From an uncultured Chloroflexia bacterium (GTDB lineage Bacteria > Chloroflexota > Chloroflexia > Chloroflexales > Herpetosiphonaceae), in assembly GCA_963767035.1 (NCBI GenBank), contig CAVYBW010000001.1:2502547-2566546 (forward strand): a stretch of DNA of 64,000 nt, read 5' to 3'. The position numbers and the translations under genes are program-made. The notes below the pieces were generated by a model. That model did not search any database, had not been told where the DNA came from, and was given only the letters and a program-made list of their open reading frames with translations. This document shows, piece after piece, positions 1-8,006 of the stretch. The first letter of the stretch is position 1. The number at the start of each line of letters is the position of its first letter.

Positions 1-658
1 GCGTTTGATGAGCATGTTGTTGTTGACGGGCAACTTCCCCAATATTTATGAATTAGCCAACGGCGTTACCCCAACCAACACACCAGTTCCAACCAGCGTG
101 CCACCAACCAACACGCCAATCCCAACAATTCGTCCAACTAATACAACCGTGCCACCAACCAACACACCAGTTCCAACCAATGTGTTGCCAACCAATACAC
201 CAGTCCCAACCAATGTGTTGCCGACCAACACACCAGTCCCAACCAATGTATTGCCAACCAATACTCCCGTTCCAACAATTCGACCAACCAACACACCAGT
301 CCCAACCAATGTATTGCCAACCAACACCCCGATTGCTGGCGCATGCCAAATCACCTACACCATCAGTAATCAATGGGGCAACGGCTTTACCGCCGATGTC
401 AGCATTCGTAATAATGGTGCGGCCATCAACAGCTGGAATGTCGCTTGGACGTTCGCTGGCAATCAACAAATTAGCAATCTCTGGAATGGGGTTGTGAGCC
501 AAACTGGCCAAGCGGTCAGCGTCAATCACGCTGGCTGGAACGGCTTTATCGCTAATGGTGGTACTGCCAGCTTTGGCTTCCAAGGCACCTACAGCGGCAG
601 TAATCCCAAACCAACCAGCATTAGTTTGAATGGCGTCGCATGTAGCGTAACGCCATAG
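1..658 (+). CDS. C-terminal fragment (5' end lies outside the window) of a secreted glycoside hydrolase: end of a GH8-like catalytic domain, Pro/Thr-rich linker, CBM2 carbohydrate-binding module
   Basis: The frame is open from base 1. 'LLLTGNFPNIYEL' parallels the catalytic-domain end of the next gene ('LLLTGNFPNLYEM'). There are about 8 'PTNTPVPTNVL' linker repeats. The CBM2-like segment reads 'CQITYTISNQWGNGFTADVSIRNNGAAINSWNVAWTF...GWNGFIANGGTASFGFQG...GVACS', with conserved Trp residues and flanking Cys. Confidence 0.7.
   Translation, partial: RLMSMLLLTGNFPNIYELANGVTPTNTPVPTSVPPTNTPIPTIRPTNTTVPPTNTPVPTNVLPTNTPVPTNVLPTNTPVPTNVLPTNTPVPTIRPTNTPVPTNVLPTNTPIAGACQITYTISNQWGNGFTADVSIRNNGAAINSWNVAWTFAGNQQISNLWNGVVSQTGQAVSVNHAGWNGFIANGGTASFGFQGTYSGSNPKPTSISLNGVACSVTP
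64..345 (+). repeat. in-frame 33-nt tandem coding repeat (about 8 units) encoding the PTNTPVPTNVL linker
   Basis: Near-identical 33-nt units are visible directly in the DNA; the antisense ORFs over this region are artefacts of the repeat. Confidence 0.8.
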
Positions 659-740
659 GATTCTTGGTATACTAACCGTCGGTTATTGCAAGGATGCAGC
701 CAAAACTGCATCCTTGTTTTTGTGTCTAGGAGCAAACGCG

Positions 741-2249
741 ATGAAGCAAGCATTCCACTCCCGTTGGATCATTTTGGCAATGTTGGTTGGCCTAGGGTTC
801 ACGCTGCCTCGTGATCAACCAGCAAGCGCCAGCCCGCAAGCATTTAGTTTCCCCTACAATCAAGCTTCAGGCATTAATTACAATGTGACCGATCTCACGC
901 AAGCCTGGAACGAATGGAAAAGTGCTCAAGTGACCAGCAACAACGCTGGGGGCGGCAATCGCTTACGCGTGCTGGGTGGGGTCAGCAATAGCAGTACCGT
1001 CTCCGAAGGTCAAGGCTATGGCATGTTGTTTGCCTCGTTATTCGATGATCAAACGACCTTTGATGGTTTATGGCTCTTCACTCGCGATTATCTCAATACT
1101 CGCGGCTTGATGCATTGGCACATCGGCAATCCCGGCCAAATTAATGGTAGCGGTGCGGCCACCGATGGCGATGAAGATATGGCCTTAGGCTTAGTCAATG
1201 CTTGTGTCAAAGTGCAACAAGGGGTTTGGCCCGCCAGCAGCAATGGCTTGAATTATTGCAGCCTTGCCACAACCATGATCAACAATATTTATACTTACGA
1301 GGTTGATCATGCTGGCAGCAACCCACCCGCCGGCTTGCCTAACAACGAAGGCAACGAGCTACTGCCAGGTGATTCTTGGTCATCAGCGACCGAATATACG
1401 CAAGGTATTGTTAATCTCTCATATTTCTCACCTGGCTATAGCACAGTCTTTGGCAAATTTACCAACAAAAATACTGAGTGGGCTGCCGTCAACACCCGCA
1501 ACTACGCCATCACCAATTTGGTGCAAGCCAAGGCTGGCAATTGCTCCAAACTTGTGCCGAATTGGAACCAATATGATGGCGATGTGCAATATGTTTCGTG
1601 GCAGCCCGAAGAATCGGCATGGTGGAGCTACGATGCCGCTCGCTTTGCATGGCGTGTTGCGATCGATAAGGCTTGGTACAACACCGCTAGCTCACGCGAA
1701 ACCATGAATGAAATTGGTGGTTTTTTCAGCAGCGTGGGCATCGACAACCTGCAAGCGCGCTATCGGCTTGATGGCACCTCGGTCGATAATTATCGCGGCG
1801 TGTTCTTCGTCGCCAATGCTGCTGCCGCAATTTGGGCCGCACCAGCTCCGCAAGCGGTCAATTGTGGAGCGGCGACCGCCAGCCTAAAAACCACGCCCCA
1901 ACAAGCTTACAACGCAGTGCTGACCACCAAAGATACGCCCAACAGCTATTATCCCAATGCGTGGCGCTTGCTGAATATGTTGCTGCTCACGGGCAATTTT
2001 CCCAATTTGTATGAAATGGGCTTAAATGGCAATGGCGGCACCGCCACTCCAACCGCTAGCGCAACAATCACCCAAACAGCAACCGCTACCCCAACCAGAA
2101 CGGCCACGGCAACCCCCAGCCGCACCCCAACTGGCACGCCTGCGACGATCACACCAGCGACAATCACGATCACGCCTAGTCGCACGCCAACGGTTATACC
2201 AAACCTGAATTATCGAATCTATCTGCCTTTTGCCAAATCGAATAGTTAA
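741..2249 (+). CDS. secreted glycoside hydrolase family 8 (endoglucanase/chitosanase-like) with a C-terminal Thr/Pro/Ala-rich tail and no CBM
   Basis: There is a signal peptide ('MKQAFHSRWIILAMLVGLGF') and the GH8 signature 'ATDGDEDMALGLVNA'. RBS 'aggag' precedes the ATG at 741; the 714 start given by the ORF track is probably too long. The tail is 'TATPTASATITQTATATPTRTATATPS'. Confidence 0.8.
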   Translation: MKQAFHSRWIILAMLVGLGFTLPRDQPASASPQAFSFPYNQASGINYNVTDLTQAWNEWKSAQVTSNNAGGGNRLRVLGGVSNSSTVSEGQGYGMLFASLFDDQTTFDGLWLFTRDYLNTRGLMHWHIGNPGQINGSGAATDGDEDMALGLVNACVKVQQGVWPASSNGLNYCSLATTMINNIYTYEVDHAGSNPPAGLPNNEGNELLPGDSWSSATEYTQGIVNLSYFSPGYSTVFGKFTNKNTEWAAVNTRNYAITNLVQAKAGNCSKLVPNWNQYDGDVQYVSWQPEESAWWSYDAARFAWRVAIDKAWYNTASSRETMNEIGGFFSSVGIDNLQARYRLDGTSVDNYRGVFFVANAAAAIWAAPAPQAVNCGAATASLKTTPQQAYNAVLTTKDTPNSYYPNAWRLLNMLLLTGNFPNLYEMGLNGNGGTATPTASATITQTATATPTRTATATPSRTPTGTPATITPATITITPSRTPTVIPNLNYRIYLPFAKSNS

Positions 2250-2299
2250 CGCCAAAACGGCGGCAGTTGGGTGGAACTGCCGCCGTTCTCCAAGTTCAA

Positions 2300-2791
2300 T
2301 TAGACAAGCTTGGGTTTACGCGCCACAAACACAATACTGGTTACAAATAACACTAAACTTGTAGCTAAGAGTAACCAAAACCCAAAACCTGCTACAATAT
2401 CACGTTTTTCTGCAAAACCAACGCTTAATAAACCATGAAATGCAGCAATTAAGAAACTTACAATAATACTGAAGATTCCAAAAACTTTCTTACCAGTTAG
2501 GCTCAATAATGCGAATAAGCCACCAATTGCTACTGCTACACCAATAATCATGTAGATTGTTTTACTTGATGCTGGAATAAGATCGCTAATTTCGCCACCA
2601 AGCACTTGAAAAACGCTAATCTTCAAATCTGGCGAGCTTACACTTTGAATATAGGGCAAGAATAATCCAATCAGCATAATCAAACCCAAAGCTGCCATTA
2701 ACATTGTCGAAATACGTCGGGTAGCCATAATTACGTTCCTCCATAAACAACTATCTGTTGATGTAGGCACTATAATTGGCTTGTGTGTCAA
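2300..2791 (-). CDS. hypothetical integral membrane protein (about 4-5 TM helices)
   Basis: Hydrophobic helical segments run throughout; no recognisable family motif. Confidence 0.45.
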   Translation of the reverse strand: MTHKPIIVPTSTDSCLWRNVIMATRRISTMLMAALGLIMLIGLFLPYIQSVSSPDLKISVFQVLGGEISDLIPASSKTIYMIIGVAVAIGGLFALLSLTGKKVFGIFSIIVSFLIAAFHGLLSVGFAEKRDIVAGFGFWLLLATSLVLFVTSIVFVARKPKLV

Positions 2792-2841
2792 AATCTGTCA
2801 CGAATTGAGCAATCGTGCTGTGAAGTAGTTCACAGCTCAAT

Positions 2842-4602
2842 TTAGCGCCGTTTCAAACGCCCAAGAATCCGTTGTTGCCAAACTGCGGCTTCGGGCGCAC
2901 CCAAGGCACTAGAACAGGCAAAATAGCTGCCGATTGCCAGCAGGCCTTGAAAAATCAACGAACCAAGCAAATTCCAGAGGCTTTGGGTTTGCGGCGCAAT
3001 CTGCATCCATGCCGCTCGATTAAATAATTGCAGCTGCCACGCCAAGCCCAAACCGCCAATTAAGCCGATTGCCAGCCCTAGCCAGCGTGGAAATGGCTCG
3101 GCACGCAAACGCCGCCACCCATAGTTCAAGCCGAGCAAGCCAACAATCAGGAGCGCAAATACTGGCGCTTGCAACACCAAAACCATCGCCAACGAGCTAA
3201 CCAGGGTTATCAGCAACGAGCGCCGCAGTTGGCCAGCCCGATCAAGATTGCCATTGCGTCGCCGCCACATGAACAGGAGCAGCAGTAATTCAAGGTTGTT
3301 GGTAACGCTAAATGCTCCCGCCAGCACAATATGGCTGGTGCTATAACGTGTTAGTATCCAACACAGACCAATATTCAGCACCACAGTCACTACCCCAATC
3401 ACCACTGGAATTGTCGTTTCTTGACGGGCATAAAAGCCGCGAATCAGAATTTCGGCGGCACCGAAGGCTGGGAGCGCTGTGGCATACATCATCAATGCCT
3501 GCACCACCCACAAGGTCGATTGGCTATCGAAGTTGCCACGTTGAAACAACACTTGAACAATCGGCGTGGCGAGGAGTATCAAGCCAGCAGCGGCAGGAAT
3601 AATCGCCCATAACACGGTGCCCAAAGTGCTGCGGGTGGTTTGATTAAAGCCCGCGTGATCGCCCGCCGCATCCAAGCGGCTCAGTTGGGGAAACATCACG
3701 GTAGCTAGGCTTAGGGCAAAAATGCCATGCGGTAGTAGCATCAAGGTCAGAGCATTGCTCAAGGCCGTGGCGCGGCCATCGCCAAGCAATTTGGCAAAGC
3801 TAAAAATCGCAATCGTGTTGATTTGCATCGCTGCTTGGCCAAACACCCTTGGCCCCATCAATAGGCCAATTCGACGCAGTGCCGCATCGCGCCAATTGAA
3901 GAGCACTTGATAACGAAAGCCAGATCGATAGAGCACTGGCAATTGACACAGCAAATACAGCAAGGCTCCCAAGACCACGCCCCAAGCAGCACCCTCGATC
4001 GAAACCAATTGGCCATTATGCTCAACCACGCTAATCGGGTGCTGCACCCAACCAAAACGCACCAACAACGGCCCGATCAGTACAATCCCAGCAATAATCG
4101 CCACGTTATAAATCACGGGAACCAAGGCTGGCAGCGTAAAATGATCAAGCGCATTCAGCGTTGCCATCGCCAAGCCACCCAAACCCAGCAGCAACGGCGA
4201 GAGCATAAACAACCGCACCAAATAAATTGCCAAGCCTAGTTGTTCGGGCGTATAGGTGGGGTTGAGCCAACGCAACAGCGGGTCGGCCAGCAGCAAAATT
4301 GCCAGCGACACCACGCTCAATACCGCCAATGCCGCGTTGATTACCAAATTAGCGACTTGCCAAGCCCGTTCATGGGTTTCTTTGGTATAGGCTTCGATAA
4401 AAATTGGAATAAAGGCTGTACCCAAGGCTCCGCCAATAATCACCAAATACAATAAATCGGGAATTTGAAAGGCTGTGGTATAGATATCGCTAATACTATT
4501 TGTGCCAAAATAGCTTGATAAGACCGTTTGGCGCACAATTCCAATCACCCGGCTTAATAAATAGCCCAACATCACAATTGCGCTATTCAGAACAGCACTC
4601 AT
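2842..4602 (-). CDS. murJ: lipid II flippase MurJ (MviN family)
   Basis: The N-terminus 'MSAVLNSAIVMLGYLLSRVIGIVRQTVLSSYFG' is the canonical MurJ start. There are about 14 TM helices and a long C-terminal extension. The ORF runs on to 4704, but the internal ATG at 4602 matches the family N-terminus. Confidence 0.75.
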   Translation of the reverse strand: MSAVLNSAIVMLGYLLSRVIGIVRQTVLSSYFGTNSISDIYTTAFQIPDLLYLVIIGGALGTAFIPIFIEAYTKETHERAWQVANLVINAALAVLSVVSLAILLLADPLLRWLNPTYTPEQLGLAIYLVRLFMLSPLLLGLGGLAMATLNALDHFTLPALVPVIYNVAIIAGIVLIGPLLVRFGWVQHPISVVEHNGQLVSIEGAAWGVVLGALLYLLCQLPVLYRSGFRYQVLFNWRDAALRRIGLLMGPRVFGQAAMQINTIAIFSFAKLLGDGRATALSNALTLMLLPHGIFALSLATVMFPQLSRLDAAGDHAGFNQTTRSTLGTVLWAIIPAAAGLILLATPIVQVLFQRGNFDSQSTLWVVQALMMYATALPAFGAAEILIRGFYARQETTIPVVIGVVTVVLNIGLCWILTRYSTSHIVLAGAFSVTNNLELLLLLFMWRRRNGNLDRAGQLRRSLLITLVSSLAMVLVLQAPVFALLIVGLLGLNYGWRRLRAEPFPRWLGLAIGLIGGLGLAWQLQLFNRAAWMQIAPQTQSLWNLLGSLIFQGLLAIGSYFACSSALGAPEAAVWQQRILGRLKRR

Positions 4603-4767
4603 TGATCGTTTGCGTAACGGGCTGGGATTCGGCGCGGGATTCGGCGATAAGGCCTCGTTGCTCATTTTGATTCTTTCTGGTATAATCCATCGTCGCGAAA
4701 CCAAATTAGCCGCAGGCTGCGTGGCCTCGGCGTTTTCTTATGATACCAAACCTTCGAGGAGGTCACG

Positions 4768-5055
4768 TTGGCTAATACAGCTTCCGCCCGCAAACGTATT
4801 CGGACTACTGCTCGCCGCTATGCTCGTAATGTCATGGTGCGATCACAACTCAAAACCTTGGTCAAAAAATCAGCGCAAAGCGTCAATGCCAAAAACGAAG
4901 CTAGCAAAGAATCGTTGACAGCAGCGTTGAAGGCCTTGGATCAAGCAGCCGCTAAAGGCATCATTCACAAAAACCAAGCAGCCCGCCGCAAATCACGGTT
5001 GGTTCGCCGCTTCAACATTGCTAACGGCATCGGCACTCGCACCACTGTGCAATAA
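4768..5055 (+). CDS. rpsT: 30S ribosomal protein S20
   Basis: 'ANTASARKRIRTTARRYARNVMVRSQLKTLVKK' is the S20 signature. TTG start with 'ggagg' RBS upstream. Confidence 0.9.
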   Translation: MANTASARKRIRTTARRYARNVMVRSQLKTLVKKSAQSVNAKNEASKESLTAALKALDQAAAKGIIHKNQAARRKSRLVRRFNIANGIGTRTTVQ

Positions 5056-5086
5056 GCTAGGCCATTTTTAGCACTGTTCTGCAATG

Positions 5087-5111
5087 AAAGCCCCATCTGT
5101 GGGCTTTTTTG
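5087..5111 (+). terminator. rho-independent terminator after rpsT
   Basis: Hairpin 'aagcccca tctg tgggctt' followed by a T6 run. Confidence 0.6.
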
Positions 5112-5252
5112 CGTTAATGCAGGCAAGAAGAACAAAGAGCATAGAACAAAGAGCATAGAAATTGAGGATCAGGGGGCTAGGATTTTTAACGCAGAGGATA
5201 CGAGGCTAATAGCTATTTGTAACGGTTCATTGGCTTGGCAAAGATAGGCATT

Positions 5253-5395
5253 CCCTCACCTCCCAACCCCCTCTCCCACTGAACGCAGGCGAGGGGGAGC
5301 CATCGTGGATTGACCGATTGACCATGCATCATGCGAAAACCACGAGGTTAAAGCCCCTCTCCCGCGCCATGGGAGAGGGGTTGGGGTGATGGGAC
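5253..5395. repeat. composite palindromic REP/MITE-like element: unit 1 'CCCTCACC..CCCCTCTCCCACTGAACGCAGGCGAGGGGGAGCC', spacer, unit 2 'CCCTCTCCCGCGCCATGGGAGAGGGGTTGGGGTGATGGGA'
   Basis: Outer arms 'tccctcacctcccaacccc' and 'ggggttggggtgatggga' are reverse complements. Inner hairpins are 'cctctccc gcgccatg ggagagg'. The family recurs at 15443, 27490, 31078, 31245 and 36895. Confidence 0.7.
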
Positions 5396-5482
5396 GCAAG
5401 TTCTTGTCAATCTAATGAACCAACTGCTTTTTACCTTCTAATTTCATCTCTCAGCCTTCATAATTTATCCTTCGCTCAACTC

Positions 5483-7594
5483 CTATTCATCATCGTCGTG
5501 TTGCTGCTTGGCATTGGCGATGATCGTTTGGGCCACGCTGTGCGGCACATCATCATAATGATCAAGCCGCATCACAAAATCGCCGCGCCCTTGAGTAATC
5601 GAACGCAGATCGGTGGAATAGCGTTGGCACTCAGCTAATGGCACATGGGCTGTGATCAAGGTGCGACTATGGCCGATTTGCTCCATCCCTTGCACCCGAC
5701 CACGTTTATTGCCATTCAAATCGCTCAAAATATCGCCAACATATTCATCGGGAACATTGATGTTGAGCGCATAAATTGGCTCGATAATCACCGGATTGGC
5801 TTTGCGTGCAGCCTCGCGGAAGGCAAATTTACCAGCAGTTTTGAAGGCAATTTCTTTGCTATCGACTGGATGTTCCTTGCCATCGTACAGCACTGCCTTC
5901 ACGTCAACGACCGGGTGGCCAGAAAGCACGCCCAAGACCATCGATTCACGCACGCCCTTTTCGATCGCTGGCCAGAACGAGCGCGAAACTACGCCACCCA
6001 CGATTTCGCTGGCAAATTCGAGCGGGTCGGCGCGATTAGGATCAGTTGGCAATGGCTCCAGCCGCAGCGAAATTTCAGCAAATTGGCCAGCCCCGCCAGT
6101 TTGTTTTTTGTGGCGATAGGTCGAGCTAGCGGTGCTACTGATGCGTTCGCGATAGGGCACGCTGGGAATTGCCAAATCAAAATGCACATCGAATTTACGC
6201 TTAACTCGCTCAGCGACAAAATTCAAGTGGGTTTCGCTCAGGCCCGCAAGCAAGGTTTCGCCGGTTTGGATGTCACGACCAAGCTGCAAAATCGGGTCTT
6301 CTTCAATGATTCGATGCAATGCATTGCCTAACTTGTCGAGGTCGTTTTTGGAGTGAGGTGTGACTTTGGCAGTAAAAGCAGCTTCGGGGTAGCTAATGCC
6401 GCGCAAGCGCAACGGATTGTCGGAACTATAGAGCGTGTCGCCGCTGAGGGTATCAGCGAGCTTGGCCACAGCTCCGAGGTCGCCAGCACTAACCACCGAG
6501 ACAGGCATTTGCTCCTTGCCACGTAGCTGAAAGAGCTGGCCGATCCGTTCTTCGCGTCCTGTACGCGCGTTACGCACGACTGAGTTGGCGTGGATTTCGC
6601 CGCTAAATACGCGGAAGCAACTCAAACGCCCAACATATTGATCGACATGGGTTTTGAACACTAAGGCACTCAGTGGCTCATCGGCTTTGCCTTCGAGGAA
6701 ATAATCATCATCATTGCGCAAATCGTGGGCGGTAGTCAAACGGTTGGCAGCCGATGGAATTGCATCAAGAATCCCATCGAGCAACTGAGGAATGCCCGAA
6801 AGTGTCGTCGCCGAGCCAATAAACAGCGGCATAATCGTATGCGCATTGATCGCAGCCTGAAACCCTTGGCGAATTTCTTCATCGCTGAGCGCTTCTGCGC
6901 CACCTTCCAAATATTCCTCAATCAAGTGATCGTTGGTCATGGCGATTTTTTCGATCAAGCCATCGGCCATTTGCAACGCTGCTGAGCGAATCTCGGCTGG
7001 AATTTCGGCAATTTCGTAAGCGCCATCTTTGCCGTTGTGATGCAACCATGCTTTGCGTTTGCGCAACGACACAATGCCCTTAAAATTGGCACCGCTACCG
7101 ATTGGCATATGCATTGGCGTAATCGCCTCGCTCAGCAAACCTTTGGCTTGTTCGACGGTACGCTGGAAATTGGCATTTTCGCGATCAAGTTTGTTAATAA
7201 AAACAACTCGTGGGATATTCGCCTCACGAGCCATTTGCCAAAGCAATTCTGCGCCAACTTCGACCCCGCCAGCGGCATCGAGCACCAGCACCATGCCATC
7301 GATAACCCGCAGCGCAGCAGCGGCTTCGCCTCGGAAATCGGCATAACCAGGCACATCGATAAAATTGAACTTGTTGCCATTCCATTCGATTGGAATCACC
7401 GAGAGGTTGATTGAGGCGTGGCGTTTGACTTCATCGGGGTCGTAATCGCTCACTGTCGAGCCATCTTCGACGCGCCCCATGCGTGGGAGAGCTTTGCTGG
7501 CGAAAAGTAGGGCTTCAGCGAGGGTTGTTTTGCCAGCACCGCCATGGCCAAAAAGGCCAATTGTGTGGATACGATCCGGACCGTACTCTTTCAT
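5483..7594 (-). CDS. elongation factor G family translational GTPase (EF-G paralogue, EF-G2-like)
   Basis: G1 motif 'GHGGAGKTT', 'DVPGYADF' and 'NKLDR', with full EF-G domains II-V. RBS 'aaaggagga' upstream. Confidence 0.85.
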   Translation of the reverse strand: MKEYGPDRIHTIGLFGHGGAGKTTLAEALLFASKALPRMGRVEDGSTVSDYDPDEVKRHASINLSVIPIEWNGNKFNFIDVPGYADFRGEAAAALRVIDGMVLVLDAAGGVEVGAELLWQMAREANIPRVVFINKLDRENANFQRTVEQAKGLLSEAITPMHMPIGSGANFKGIVSLRKRKAWLHHNGKDGAYEIAEIPAEIRSAALQMADGLIEKIAMTNDHLIEEYLEGGAEALSDEEIRQGFQAAINAHTIMPLFIGSATTLSGIPQLLDGILDAIPSAANRLTTAHDLRNDDDYFLEGKADEPLSALVFKTHVDQYVGRLSCFRVFSGEIHANSVVRNARTGREERIGQLFQLRGKEQMPVSVVSAGDLGAVAKLADTLSGDTLYSSDNPLRLRGISYPEAAFTAKVTPHSKNDLDKLGNALHRIIEEDPILQLGRDIQTGETLLAGLSETHLNFVAERVKRKFDVHFDLAIPSVPYRERISSTASSTYRHKKQTGGAGQFAEISLRLEPLPTDPNRADPLEFASEIVGGVVSRSFWPAIEKGVRESMVLGVLSGHPVVDVKAVLYDGKEHPVDSKEIAFKTAGKFAFREAARKANPVIIEPIYALNINVPDEYVGDILSDLNGNKRGRVQGMEQIGHSRTLITAHVPLAECQRYSTDLRSITQGRGDFVMRLDHYDDVPHSVAQTIIANAKQQHDDDE

Positions 7595-8006
7595 AGAGAC
7601 TCCTCCTTTGGAGTTACTTGAAACGACGACGGAATCAATCTGAGGTTGATTGTCTGTCGATTATAGCGCCGTCGTAGCCGAACGGCAAGCCTCGCCAGCA
7701 CAATTACTCAACCAAACCAAAGCTTGAGCTTCTGGTTTAGGCCTTGAGCATAGCATGAGCCAACTGGCAGAAAGTTATAGTTTCGCTACCGTTGGGTTTA
7801 AATCAAAAATTTTTAAGCGCAAAAGCAAAGAGTTTTGGATTGAGGCAAATAAAAAGTTTTTTAAACCACAAACGGCTCGCATAATGGAGCCGCTTGTGGG
7901 AGAGAAGAGAGAGGAGAAGGTTTGAATATATAGTACACCACCATCTACTCTCTGTCAAGAGGGTCTTTGGTGTTTTAGGCGAGCAATTTTCGCAACGTGG
8001 CACAAA

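Noticed and set aside
46-583. Antisense and alternative-frame ORFs (46-354, 53-583, 138-344, 180-497) across the PT-linker repeat
   Set aside because: They are artefacts of the 33-nt tandem coding repeat. The sense frame gives a coherent linker plus CBM2, whereas these give Trp/Val/Gly-rich nonsense.
3312-4455. Multiple ORFs of 60-110 aa antisense or out of frame within murJ (3312-3602, 3421-3612, 3722-3910, 3907-4239, 4240-4455)
   Set aside because: They are embedded in a continuous, well-supported MurJ reading frame, with low-complexity Q/R/H-rich translations.
4610-4918. ORF 4610-4918 overlapping the rpsT start
   Set aside because: It is out of frame with the clear S20 protein. The S20 frame has an RBS and a family-typical N-terminus.
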